DNA of 64,000 nucleotides, from positions 187,922,001-187,986,000 of the forward strand of contig NC_042998.1 in the NCBI RefSeq assembly GCF_006345805.1, read 5' to 3'. The DNA is from Octopus sinensis (taxonomy: Eukaryota). This document shows, piece by piece, positions 1 through 11,949 of the stretch (within the stretch, counting starts at the first letter, position 1; the number at the start of each line of letters is the position of its first letter). The notes beneath the pieces are model-generated. The model was not told the origin of the DNA. It saw nothing but the letters and a program-made list of their open reading frames with translations, and made no database searches. Both the position numbers and the translations under genes were made by a program.

Positions 1-660
1 GTGGGTACTTTACACAGTTGGCAAAGGTCCTTTTAATAAGAGACCAGAAGAACTGGTTGACATTTGGGAAGTAATGATAGTTTGCATACTGTGCATAACA
101 CTGAATTGTAGTCTTGCACAAGCTGTGGTTGTAGGTAAAAATCCACACAGTTCATAGAGGTGTATGATTTTTCACAGGCAGGCAGCTTGTTTAATGAAAA
201 TCGTTTGGGCTTATGAACTTTGGTTTTGGGAAGGATGTGAAAGTACATTCCTAAGAGTGTGATTTTGGTCATCTGTTTAGTTGATCCTTATGCTCTGAGG
301 TAAAGTATATTTGCTGCCAGGGAAACTTAGTGTAAAAGTGGTGAAGTTCTGAGCTGGAGAAGGGGAAGGACTCGTTGCATGTGGATGTGTGATAATATTT
401 GTCATTATGCAGTGGGGGTGTGTTCCACTATATACAGAGACTGTGATGGTTTGGTAGAAATTGTGTTTGTGGACTGAGAAAGAGATCAAGAGTGTTTGGT
501 ATGTGTGTGTTCTAGATGTATCATGCTCCTGTTTAGTTGAATCCTGTGTAGTGCAACAGGCTGCTAGTAATAGTATCAGTTGCAGTTAGTTTCATCAAGT
601 AGGTGTGTGTAGGGTGTGCTGTGATTTTTACCTGCTCTTCAATCCTGTTATGACACTTAA
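1..660 (-). mobile_element. Decayed Penelope-like element (RT region)
   Basis: YFHILPKTKVHKP...CVDFYLQPQL resembles the PLE RT motif FYxLPKIHK...FVDxYLQPL; frameshifted. Confidence 0.6.
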
Positions 661-974
661 AAACATGTGATTGGAAAGTAAACTTCTTACAACCTTTTTT
701 TTTTGTCTTCCCTATATCATTTTTTTTCTGTGGACATCGTAGCTTGCTGTTTTCTTTTATTTTGATATCTTATTTCAGCTCATATTCGCATGTATTTCCT
801 CTATACACACAAAATTGAATACTTTTATCAGTAAATTCAACAGGCTGTAATATAAATAAAACTACCACGTAACTACTATCTCAGTGCAATACAAAAGTTT
901 CATCCTGTTTTTCCAGATATTCCATGCATTTTCTCTTTTATTGATTTGGTCAGGAGGAAGGGGGCTGTGTTTTA

Positions 975-2060
975 ACACTATTGACACCTGAGATTAACTT
1001 CTTCCTTATCAACAATTACAAGCCAATGCCTGAAGGAAAGACATGTGCAGGGAGAGAGTTCTTGTAGGAGGAGATGATCTGGGAAGGAAGGGCTGGATGT
1101 TATAGTGCAGTGATCTAGTGGTGGAATGATACCAGGTGATGAGAGGAAGAGAGGAGTGGGTTGAGAGTGCCAAAGGAGGATAAGCTTTTTGTGTCCCACC
1201 CCCCACACTTAACAAGAAAATTTCTCACACTCTGCCACAACAAACCAAACTACATCTCTACCTCACATTTCCATGTTGTACACTATGCTTAGCTCTCACT
1301 CCCCAATCCTGTCCTCTTAGCCCTGTGCAACTGTATCGTTGCTCTCTGCTAGCTTCCGACTTGTGTGTTCCATCTGTACCCTGTCTCACTGTATCATTGC
1401 CATCTGCTAGCCCCTGACCCATGTGTTTCACCCACATATAGCATGAAAACTTTTCACACACCCTACCTCCAAAAACCAATCTACATCTCTATATCTTTTC
1501 CCTTCCTCACATTTCCTTCTTCATACCCTATGCCTAACTCTCGCTCCCTTAATCCTGTCCTCACAGCACTGTTTCTCTGTATCATTGCTATCCGGTAGTT
1601 TTCCCGACTATATATACACAAGTTTTTGCCACTCACTCCCCCCTCCATACTCTTTAATCACGCTTCCTTCTCAATATCCTGCCATTTATATTATGGCCTT
1701 TGAACCTCAAAGATATGCCTTGGCACTTGCCACCATCCATATCTCTTTCTTACTTTACTCCACCATCCCATTTATATTCTGATCCCCACCCTTGTGAGTA
1801 TACCTGGCACTTTGCCACCATCTCTTTCCCTTTCTCCTGCACTTCCCTTAGGTTGGGTAACTATATATTTCCTCTGTGGCAGCACACCTGTTTCTGTGTT
1901 CATTCCTGATATCACCCCACTCTCTCTCTCTCTCTGGCTGGGTAACCTTGTACCTCCTCTATAGCAAGATACCTGTTTTCTGTCTCTCTGCTTCACTATA
2001 ACCTTTCATCATCTGATACAAGATCACTTCTTCCAATACCCACTCGCCTCTGAAAAGAGC
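975..2060. mobile_element. Decayed PLE-like fragments (975-1215 minus; ~1250-2060 plus, CT-rich 3' region)
   Basis: CT-rich internal direct repeats (1261 and 1505); weak FLLNILPF..LN C-terminal-like motif; terminal part recurs at 33240-33360. Confidence 0.35.
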
Positions 2061-2079
2061 TTTTTTTTTTTTGGCTTGC

Positions 2080-2378
2080 AAGTACTTGGTGACCCTGTCA
2101 GTGCAGATACCACTTAAAAGCACCCAGTCCACACTATAAAGTGGTTGGTGTTTGGAAGGGCATCCAGCTGTAAAAACCTTGCCGAAACTGACCTTGCCTG
2201 TGCTTGTGCCATGTAAAAAGTACTAAGTCCATTCTGCTGAGTGGTTGGTTTGAGAAGGGCATCCGGCTGTAAAAATCCTGCCAAAGCAGATACAGAAGTC
2301 TGGTGCAGGTTTCTGCCTGGTTGGCTCTTGTCAAACCATTCCACCCATGCCAGCAAGGAAGGTGGACATTAAATGATA
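2080..2378 (+). mobile_element. RTE LINE 3'-UTR copy (family B)
   Basis: gtggttgg..ggaagggcatccagctgtaaaa..ccatgccagca..taaatgat; matches the 3' UTR of the RTE at 56925-60110. Confidence 0.8.
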
Positions 2379-2656
2379 TAGAAAAGCAATGATTTATTAC
2401 TTGTATGTGGTGGCGGGCCATATTATGTAGTCTGACATGAAGTGGTTCACTATACAGGGTATGCATTATGGTTGTCCTGGCTTGTTGCTGTGTTTTCCTT
2501 CTGTTCATTCTGTTTTTGTATATTCTGGTGGTAGTCCATTTGAAGTTCTATGTTGCTGTGAGTGGTATCCTATCTATATGAAATAATAGAACAACTAAAA
2601 CCAGTTTTTAGCCACAATCTAGGTTGAGAGGAAATTACTGTAAGGAAATTTTATAA

Positions 2657-2962
2657 TATACTAGCAGTATTGTCCGGCGTTGCTCGGGTTTGTAAGGGAA
2701 ATAACTATATAAGCATTTTTAGAGAGTTACTTCCCTTATATAATAGCAAAAAATGCATTAAAAATGGGAAAAAATGATGGTAAATTTTTTTTGAAATCGT
2801 AGACTCATCATAGACACGCGCTAATACCCAGAAGGGCTCGTTATGAATCACAACTATAAGATACCCGCTTTTGGTTAAAATGCACCGCAAAATGTGGGAG
2901 TAGTTAGGAATCGAAATCGTAGGAGACAGACAGCACACAACTTCACTTTTATATATAAAGAT
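2657..2962 (+). mobile_element. Non-autonomous Helitron/Helentron-like element (HINE/DINE-1 type)
   Basis: 5' tactagca..ccggcgttgctcggg subterminal inverted motif; 3' gacagacag..ttttatatataaagat. Confidence 0.6.
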
Positions 2963-3223
2963 TTGATTCAGCATATTTTAAAAATTATTTCACCTCTCTA
3001 TAAGATTTTAAATGCATGACAGACAATTTGGTATTTTGAACTTGTGTGTGTTTGTGCAACTCTCATATTACCTATATAGAAACATCATAGGCATTTAGTC
3101 TGGCATTCTACCATTTCTGTTCCTAGTATTACAACATATGATGAATTCTAATTGATTGAGCATAAAATCTCGCATTTCAATAGAAGGGAAATGGGAATAT
3201 TGATACTGTTACTTACTATTTGA

Positions 3224-3660
3224 GGTGGTGAGCTGGCAGAATCGTTAGCACACGTCAGGCAAAATGTTTAGCAGCATTTCATCTATCTGTATGTTCTGAG
3301 TTCAAATTCTGCTGAGGTCAGCTTTGCCTTTCATCCTATTTGAGTCAATAAAAAGTGCTAGTAGAGCACTGGGGTTGATGTACTCAACTTACCTACTTCC
3401 TTGAACTTGCTGAATTTGAAACTATTATTACTGTTACTATTACTAAGGGTAGAGTAAGTAGTGAGCTGGCAGAATAATTAGAGTGTGGAACAATTTGCTT
3501 TGTTCTATTTAATTCTATATGTTCTAAGTTCAGTTCCTGCTGAAGGTCAACTTTGTATTTCACCTCTCTAAAAGTACTGGTCAGGAACTGGCGTTGTAGC
3601 TATCAGTTAACCCACTTCCTTCAAAATTACTGGCCCTGTGCCTAAATCAGAAACCATTGT
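3224..3660 (+). mobile_element. Two degenerate SINE-C copies
   Basis: gtgagctggcaga..gttctgagttcaaatt..cctttcatcc at 3224 and 3458. Confidence 0.75.
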
Positions 3661-3821
3661 TATTTCTTATATTTTCCTCAGGAAAGTTGTAACAGAACGT
3701 CTTTGCTCAAATAGAAAGTGGATAAAATTTGGACTTTGAATTTGATTCACAGACAACTTACTATAAGATCATATCAAAATATCAAAAATTGCAAGAATTT
3801 TTGCTTTGAATTCAAGCATCT

Positions 3822-4115
3822 TTTACTTGTTTCAGTCAATGGACTGTAGCTATCCTATTTATCCTATCAGTCTCTTTTACTGAACTGCTAAGTTATGAGG
3901 ATGTAAACAAACCAACACTGGATGCCAAGTGAGGGGACAGACAGACAGACACACACACACGCAAGACAGGCTTCTTTCAGTTTCCGTGTACCAAATTCAC
4001 TCAAAAAGTTTTTTTGTTGGCTCGGGGCTACAGTAGAAGACACTTGCTCAGGGTTCTTGCTTGTGGGACTGAATCCAGAACCATGTGGTTGAGAAGCTAT
4101 CTTCTTACTTCACAG
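3822..4115 (-). mobile_element. SINE-A (tRNA-derived CORE-type, OR2-like), partial
   Basis: Reverse complement of gctgtg..aag..cttc..aaccacatggtt..gattcagtccc and the 3' gactgaaacaagtaaaag block. Confidence 0.8.
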
Positions 4116-4227
4116 CCATGTTTGCATCTAAAGCACCTTCATTTTTTAAAAATCCCTTTAAATGAGCGTATTAAATGTTTCAGTCAACTAGACACTAAAT
4201 GCTATAAGTACTTAAATCAGTACCAAT

Positions 4228-4410
4228 AGGTAGTGAGTTTTCAGAATTGTTAGCATGTCTTACGAAACACTGTGTGCCATACAGTTATGGTTCTGAGTTC
4301 AAATTCCAGCAAGGGAGACTTTCTTTTCATCTTCCTTGGTTGATAAAATAAATATCTATTGAATAGTGGGGTTGACTGTGGGCTGATGTATATCACCTGC
4401 ATGTTGTGAC
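4228..4410 (+). mobile_element. Degenerate SINE-C
   Basis: gttctgagttcaaattcc..cttttcatcttcc..gttgataaaataaatatc..ggggttgac. Confidence 0.6.
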
Positions 4411-4479
4411 TAGCTTGGCTGATCAGTATTGGGCAGTTAGTGTATAACATGCGCTTATGGAGGCCTAGAGGTACTGTGT

Positions 4480-5120
4480 CCATAGATAGGTGCTATATTC
4501 GTGATTGCTGGCTACTGTCGCGTATAGGACGGATCCGGCTATCAGCTGAATCCATAGTGAGGATTGACTTCCTTTAACCGGAAGGGCAAGGCAGTTTTCC
4601 TTTGCCTAGTGGCTGTAGCGAAAGAGGTGATATGGTGGACCTGTTTGAAAGGGCTAAGGTCAGACACTTTCCTCTTTGGCCAAGGCCTCATCAACTTTTT
4701 CAAGTTTCACTTGAAAAGGAAGATGAGAGTAGAGAGGGAAGTGATGTCTGGTAGCATGTTTATTGAAAGGTGGGTGAATGTCGCAAGAATGGCCAGTATG
4801 AACGGACCAATTCTGAGGATACACCTGTGAGAATTAAAAGGAAATATAAAAGGAGAAATGGGCTCTCTATCCCCCTTTTGACCAGGCTCCCGTGGCTTTT
4901 ATGGGTTTTTTCTCGAGTAACCTTTGAAGCGCCTCCCCCTATTGGGAGTTTTAATTGTTACTTATTTTTTGTTGTTATCCTGCTTTTGTACACTGACTTT
5001 TTCAAATGGACAAAACCCTTTGTAGCTTTCGTCCTGTGTTTTGTCCCTTTATGTTTTGATTTTTGTTAGCCCTTGTGGCCAATAAGCGAACGAATTATGT
5101 TGATAGAAAATAAAAATAAA
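4480..5120 (+). mobile_element. 5'-truncated Tx1/L1-clade LINE 3' end
   Basis: ORF 4564-4830 AVFLCLVAVAKEVIWW..FFKFHLKRKMRVERE..FIERW resembles a Tx1 ORF2 C-terminus; followed by T-rich 3' UTR and A-rich tail. Confidence 0.65.
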
Positions 5121-5553
5121 AGTGCCAATAGTAAAGTGATGGTCTATTGAATCAACTGTCCATTATATATTACTGCTTGTTGTATCCTTCGCTGTTATCG
5201 TCTAGAAACTGACCCTGGCAGGATTGAAACTATAATGTTATGCATGAACTAAACAGCGTAAAGCATGTTGATATGCTTTCTGCTAATTGTGGTATTTTGA
5301 ATTGGGCTTGTAGCATTAGTATTGAAGAATGGAAGTGGATAGATATATGTCAGCATGTTGTACAGGGTTGCTGTGCTGCATATTAGATATTCAACTTTGG
5401 AATAATATTATACACACACAGAGTAAAGTATTTTTACAATAAATGAAAAAATAAACTAAAGAGAAAGCAAAAGAATAAAAATGCAAACACTGTATTAGGC
5501 AGCCAGAATTTGAAAGGATCAATAAAGCTATAAATAGAGAAAAATAATACCTC

Positions 5554-5557
<4 letters not shown>

Positions 5558-5589
<32 letters not shown>

Positions 5590-5593
5590 TAAT
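5558..5593. repeat. (TAA)n microsatellite
   Basis: Direct reading. Confidence 0.95.
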
Positions 5594-6054
5594 ACCAAAT
5601 TCTTAGTAGAAAGGGTGGTTGCTGCCAGGCAATCTGTGGGTGGTGGAGATATGTATAGGGTAGGTGGGATTAGAAGGAAGTGTTCAAAGTTTGAAGGTGG
5701 CATTACATCAGTGCAAGAACTTGAATTACAAAATTTCTTCTGGTTCTTACTACCACTGCTGTTTACCACCATCACCACTTTCACCGATTCTACTATGGAT
5801 TCACTATCACCATCTACTACCATTACCTTCCATCGCTATGTCCCAATCCAATGAAGAATCATGCTAGAAATAACAACTAAATCTCTCTTAAATCACACTC
5901 CAGAAAAAAAAAAAAAAGGTGACATTGGATAATGTATTCTTACATACACCTAGCTATATATATATATATAACAAAAAAAAAAACATACACAAAAAAACGA
6001 AACTTAAAAAGTTGAGATGGTCAAAGGTGGAGAACTGATTTGCAGCTGATCAGC

Positions 6055-6470
6055 AACAGCTGCACCACCACCTCCACCAAAAACCACAACTACCACCACA
6101 ACCACCACCAACAACAACAACAATCATTATCAACTACAACCATCACTACATTGACTAAGGCAACCCCCCCCCCCCTCACCGTTATTGCTGGCTATACCAT
6201 TATCATTACCTCTCTCCATCAACCTTTTTCCAGCATCATTTCACCACTGCCGCGCTGCCACCAGCAGCAACAATACCATTTCGTTGTTACCACTACCTTT
6301 CCACCTCTTTCTAGCATTTGCTTCGCCGCCGCTGCTATCACCTCCAACATTACCACTACCCCACACCACCCCACCCCGACCTCTTCCAGCATCACCATCA
6401 TTTTTTTTTACCTATGCTGCCACTATCACCACCACCACCACTACCACCGCCGCACCATCACTAGTCACGA
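6055..6470. repeat. Degenerate (CAC/CAA/CAT)n low-complexity tract
   Basis: Direct reading; source of the poly-H/T/P ORFs. Confidence 0.9.
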
Positions 6471-6739
6471 AGTAAAGCTAGTGGAAGGGAAATATGCTTG
6501 GTGTACTTTGACTGAAGAATTGTGTGTCTTATTCACCACGCATACATATAACACGTACTTGTGCACAAAACAAAACCCGATATTTTATATAGATGCATAC
6601 ACGTGAAAACTTATACAAATAGCATTGAAAACAGAAACATGATGTAAATGAGATTTTAGAGGTCGTTTCATTGGAACCATTGAAGAGTAGAGTGACTGAC
6701 TCTCTGAGCAAAAGTACTATGATAAAAGTCACAACATCT

Positions 6740-7226
6740 TACCACCACCCTCACCACTGCCACCACCACCTCCACCACCATCTCCTCCGCCACCTCCACC
6801 ATCACCACCACCACTTCCACCACCACCACATTCTTCTTCGTCTTCTTCTTCTTCCTCTTCTTCGTCTTCTTCTTCTTTGTCGTCTTCTTCTTCTTCTTTT
6901 TCTTCTTCTTCTTCTTCGTCTTCTTCGTCTTGTTCTTCTTCGTCTTGTTCTTCTTCTTCGTCTTCTTTTTCTTCTTCTTCTACTTCTTCTTCTACTTCTT
7001 CGTCTTCGTCTTCTTCTTCGTCGTCTTCTTCATCGTCTTCTTCATCTTCGTCTTCTTCATCTTCGTCTTCTTCGTCTTGTTGTTCTTCTTCTTCGTCTTC
7101 TTCTTCTTTGTCTTCTTCTCCTTCTTCTTCTCCTTCTTGTTCTTCTCCTTCTTGTTCTTCTCCTTCTTCTTGTTCTTCTTCTTCGTCGTCGTCTCTTCTT
7201 CTTCTTCTTCTTCTTCTTCTTCTTCT
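6740..7226. repeat. (CAC)n followed by ~400 bp (TCT/TCG)n microsatellite
   Basis: Direct reading; source of the poly-S/L/F/E ORFs. Confidence 0.95.
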
Positions 7227-7367
7227 ATACTTTAGTAAAGGTTTATCTATTTTCATGAATTAGAATTTTCCTTTCCAACTTTCTCATCATATATTTTATT
7301 AATGTTAAGCATTTTCTTTCTTTTTACAGTTCTTCTGTACAATAATGATTATATTTATGAAGATGTG

Positions 7368-7384
7368 CATGTGTGTGTGTGTGT

Positions 7385-7429
<45 letters not shown>

Positions 7430-7430
7430 T
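7368..7430. repeat. (GT)n(GA)n compound microsatellite
   Basis: Direct reading. Confidence 0.95.
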
Positions 7431-8017
7431 AGATATGTTTCTGAGCTATCTTTTTTAGCCTCAGGTTAACCTTCATCTCTGATTAAGCACACCCATGACC
7501 AAAGGTATTTGTGACCGGCTCCATTTTCCTTTCTGAACATAGTGCATCTCAGACTACAGTATCCATTGTGTTGTTTTGTTTTTTTCTCAAGATGGTAAAG
7601 GAGACTTGACAGCTATTTTTAGCAAGTTAAGCATCCACATGCAGGTTCCTGACCTGAAGTGTTACTTTATCTGTATGTAGTGTTACTTTATCATGGGCTA
7701 CTGAGATTTTAGTTACATTCAATATTGCAAGTTTTTTGTTTAACCCTAGGTCATTTGGATCCATCTGACCTATGATGAAAGCTGTGAGCATTCTATCTTT
7801 CCTTTGGAATAGTATGTTTAAGACTACATTACCAATGTGCCTCATCTTGTTTGTGATAGTAGGGTGTGATTTGAAAGATATTTGGCTACTATTTCTTGTC
7901 TGTAGAATAACCACTTATATATTCTGTTGCCGTTTTTATGAGCTGTATTGCAGGTTAACTGTTGGTTTGTGTAAGATGTGTGCAGATGAGCTGTTGATCT
8001 AAGTGAGATTTCATTAT

Positions 8018-8238
8018 CATCATCATCGCTTAACGTCCGCTTTCCATGCTAGTATAGGTTGGACGATTTTGACTGAGGGCTGGCGAACCAGATGGCTGCA
8101 CCAGGCTCCAATCTTGATCTGGCAGAGTTTCTACAGCTGGATGCACTTACTAACGCCAACCACTCCGAGAGTGTAGTGGGTGCTTTTTACGTGCCACAGG
8201 CACGGGGGCCAGTCAGGTGGTACTGGCAATGACCTCGC
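8018..8238 (-). mobile_element. RTE 3'-UTR copy (family B)
   Basis: catcatcgcttaacgtccgctttccatgctag..ggatgc..aacgccaaccactccgagagtgtagtgggtgctttttacgtgcc. Confidence 0.9.
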
Positions 8239-8239
8239 T

Positions 8240-8620
8240 GTGTAAGATATATGCAGATCAGTTGTTGGTTTGTGTGAGATGCAGGCAGGTCAATTATTAG
8301 TTTATATGAAATGTATGCAGGTCAACTATTGATGCTATTTGAATGTAAGCAAGTAACCTATTGATGTTGCAAGATGCATGCTGTTTAAGTATTGATGTAT
8401 GAAATGTATGCAGTTGAATTATTGATGTTAAGTGAAGGGTTTATGATTCAGTTACTGATGTATGAAATTATGTTGTATTTTTGTTACCTTTGTTTGAATT
8501 ATATGTATTTCAGTTGTTGGTTTGGTGAACTGTATTCAGTTCAGTTATTGGTTTGCATGATATGTATGCAATTCTGTTATTGGTTTGTGTGAAATGCAAG
8601 CAGGTTTCCTATTGTCATTG
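8240..8620. repeat. Degenerate minisatellite (~35-bp unit, tgcaggtcagttattggtttgtgtgagatg-like)
   Basis: Recurrent motif; similar units at 7945-8010. Confidence 0.55.
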
Positions 8621-9002
8621 CATGATCTATTCAATTTGTCTCTTACCTTGAACGTGGATGAACACTTAATATTGTGAGATGTATGTAAGTGATGGATACA
8701 GTTTAATTTTATGCAAGATATTGATGTTTATTGATCCTGTGTTAACCACTGGGAGACATCATAATAGATGCTAGTCTCTGTTTGGAGATTTGATACTTAG
8801 AAATTTTCTTAATTTGAAGTTACAGTCTTTGTTATAATTTAAAATTTCTAGTAAATGAAACCTAAAATGTTGCATAGTATTCTTGAAAAAAATTAGAATT
8901 AGAAATTGAATACAAATGGAAAGAAGGCATTCAGAACCTAAGTTTGTACGAAAAAGTAACACTTGATAAAGTTTGATTGTGGCTGTGCATGACTGTATAT
9001 AT

Positions 9003-9392
9003 GCGCAGGTGTGTATGCTCTGGCATGGCTGTGTGGTAAGAAGCTTGCTTCCCAACTACATGGTTCCGGGTTCAGTCCCACTGTGTGGCACCTTGGGTAA
9101 GTGTCTTCTACTGTAGCCTCTGGCTGACCAAAGCCTTGTGAGTGGATTTGGTAGATGGAAATTTAAAGAAGCCCATCACACACACACACATGTTTGTGTG
9201 TCTGTGTTGGCCACCCACCATCGCTTGACATCTGATGTTGGTGTGTTTACGTCTCCGTAACTTAGCAGTTTGTCAAAAGTGATCAATAGAATAAATGCTA
9301 GGCTTACAAAGAATAAGTCAGTTCATTTGAATAAAGGCAGTGCTCCAGCATGGCTGCAGTCAAATGACTGAAACAAGTAAAAGATTAAAAGA
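9003..9392 (+). mobile_element. SINE-A, near full length
   Basis: tRNA-like head (tggctgtgtggtaag, ggttcagtccc), CORE-like gcaccttgggtaagtgtctt, central CA/TG tract, 3' gactgaaacaagtaaaaga. Confidence 0.9.
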
Positions 9393-9419
9393 ATATTTGT
9401 ATTGTTTTTCAAAACGGGA

Positions 9420-9673
9420 GAATCATGAATTTTGATAAATCTAAGAGATGACAAACAATGCAAAGAATTAACTTCAAAGTAAACTTGATTTCTGCCAATT
9501 CACACATTCACTTGACCTTAATTTTGGTATAATACAGGACTGAGCTTCAATGTATTCTTAATTAAGTTGCTTTTATGTTCTGTTCTTTCATGAGTTAGCA
9601 GAAATCAAGTTTACTTTGAACTTAATTACTTGCATTGCTCGGCATTTATCAGTTTTATCAAAATTCATGTTTC
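9420..9673. mobile_element. MITE-like element with ~75-bp imperfect TIRs
   Basis: ttcaaagtaaacttgatttctgc / gcagaaatcaagtttactttgaa and catgaattttgataaa / tttatcaaaattcatg are inverted. Confidence 0.55.
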
Positions 9674-10069
9674 TTTCTTTTTAAGAAATGAAACAAGTGT
9701 GCAAATAATATACGAGAACCGTTGTGCATTATCATGTCATGTCATCCTGGGCTCTAAATGTTTTTGCAAAAATTCACAATAAATAAAACAATGAAACAAA
9801 ATACAAATAAAGAAAAAATATTTGGATATGTAAAAGGTGCTATTAATCACATAGACACCCCCTCCCTGCCACTTTCCACATCGTGTGACCTTTCCAGTCT
9901 ATCTTGAAACCTATGATAGGAGATTACATTAAAGCAGTTGTACTTTGTACAGCTTCTTTCAGTTCCATCTCCTATACTACCTGTCTCCTTTACATTTTCA
10001 CTCTTTCTTCCATTTACCTTATTTCTCTCATCACTCCATCTCCCAAGTCATATTGCCTTCTATTATGAC

Positions 10070-10250
10070 CCTATGGCTGTGTGGTTAGGGAGCTTGCTTC
10101 CTAGCTACATGGTTTCGGGTTCAGTCCCACTGCGTGGCACTCTGGGTAGGTGTCTTCCACTATAGCCCCGAGCCGACCGGAGCTTTGTGATTGAATTCAG
10201 TAGGTGGAAGTTACTGCCGTGTGTGTATGTGTGCGTATAGCTGCTCAGTG
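10070..10250 (+). mobile_element. SINE-A 5' half
   Basis: ggctgtgtggttagg..gggttcagtcccactgcgtggcac. Confidence 0.85.
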
Positions 10251-11287
10251 CCTCTCCGAAAGAGAGAGAGGGATATCTCAGAATACTAAGTATTTGTATC
10301 ACTCATCCTTCTCATTATTGTCATTCATGCTTCAAAATTTCATCTCTGACTCTGTAAAGAGGCTGGTGAGTGAACTGTGATGTGGAATCATGAGGTTCCT
10401 TTGGTTATGTTGAGGATATGGCTATCTCTCTAGTGCTGTTACCTTAAAAAAATGCTCTCTGTACATTCTGTAAAGTGTGAGGTTGTGTAGTCCTTTTAAT
10501 CTTGTCAAGGTCATGACATCTCTCTGGTGCTGGTGCAACGTATAAAAATCACCCAGTACACTCTCTCAAGGACACTAATCACCTACACAAACAAAATGCA
10601 TAAAATGCACAATTAATGTCAGCATGAACAACTTCGTTAATATCAAATATCGTTGGGCTAATGCTAGAAATAAATGCAGAGGAACAGCAACTGTTGCATT
10701 TTGACAGTTCACTTTGTAGTGGCCTCCTACACATCTTATATGTGTAAAAGCACATATAAGCAATAAGTCATAACATCATGATTCATATAATAAACTATTG
10801 CTTACTAGAGTGCATATTGCAGTCCTTAGTTATGCTGTGGCATGATCTCGTGTATTGAATCTGTGGATTGCATATAATTGTTTCATTAACTATTTCTCTG
10901 CCGTAGGTCTGTTCAGTCAGAGTTACAGAACAGCAACCAAAATATGTCAGGGTTGCATCTAAATTGTATACTGTGTTACATTTTGCTATCTTATCCTTTT
11001 ATTTTTGAAGAAAGATATTATTTTTTATATAGTTGTTTTTGGTAGCTTTGATGGAAAGTTTTACAGCTGGTAAATTTTGCAAGGATAAAATGACTTTTGC
11101 AAAATTTGGATTATTCTCTACAGGAATTGGTGGAGCAAATGCTCTGATGCTTTTTAACGCTAACTCATTAGTGATAAATTTCAAATGGCATGTAGTAAGA
11201 TATATAGTTTTGAACTTCTAAATTTTTACCTAGCAATAACTTTTATTGGGAATAAAATTTGTAATTTAATACTATCTGACTGACTCT

Positions 11288-11480
11288 CATGCCGGTGGCA
11301 TGTAAAAAGCACCTACTACACTCTCGGAGTGGTTGGCGTTAGGAAGGGCATCTAGCTGTAGAAACTCTGCCAGATCAAGACTGGAGCCTGGTGCAGCCGT
11401 CTGGTTTGCCAGTCCTCGGTCAAAATCGTCCAACCCATGCTAGCATGGAAAGCGGATGTTAAACGATGATGATGGTGATG
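11288..11480 (+). mobile_element. RTE 3'-UTR copy (family B)
   Basis: Ends gcatggaaagcggatgttaaacgatgatgat. Confidence 0.9.
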
Positions 11481-11949
11481 AAGGGATATGAATAGCCTTT
11501 TTTTTTTCTTTGGTCAACACAAATTGTTGCAAGCTTATTTAAAATCTTAGGTTTTTCTTTTTTTCTCCCTACTCTTGAACTATCAAATATCACAACTGTT
11601 GGGGAATTAAAAGTTTTCCTTGACTCTGTAATTTTTATTATTTCTTTAGTAAAATTAATATTTTATCATTAAGACTCATCGACAAATTGTATAACATAGA
11701 CTAGGAAGAGAGGAGTAGTAAAATTCAGGGCTTGAAACATTGTCAGAAGTATTCATGTATAATCAACAAGCAATATGTCAAGAGAAAGGACTAGAACTAA
11801 ATTAATAGTGCACTCCAGAACTCTTACCATTTTTACTGTGTATGACATCACAAACATAACTCTTACTACTTTTTCCAATCAATTCTCCTCAAATTGCAAC
11901 CTTTTTGGAATTGCCTCAAGGTCAACATTATTCCTGCATGCACCATGCT

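Noticed and set aside
2048-2085. Possible hammerhead ctgaaaagagc..ggcttgcaag
   Set aside because: Both conserved boxes are mutated and the stem is weak; too degenerate to support.
6040-6606. 188-aa H/T/Q-rich ORF
   Set aside because: Low-complexity CAC/CAA tract.
6729-7256. 175-aa acidic ORF (poly-E/D/G) and overlapping poly-S/L/F ORFs
   Set aside because: All frames are open only because the region is a (TCT)n/(CAC)n microsatellite; no splice or complexity support.
10900-11206. Exon candidates SVQSELQNSNQNMS and IGGANALMLFNANSLVINFKWHV
   Set aside because: Weak donor for the first; the second overlaps a subrepeat array and cannot be linked in phase.
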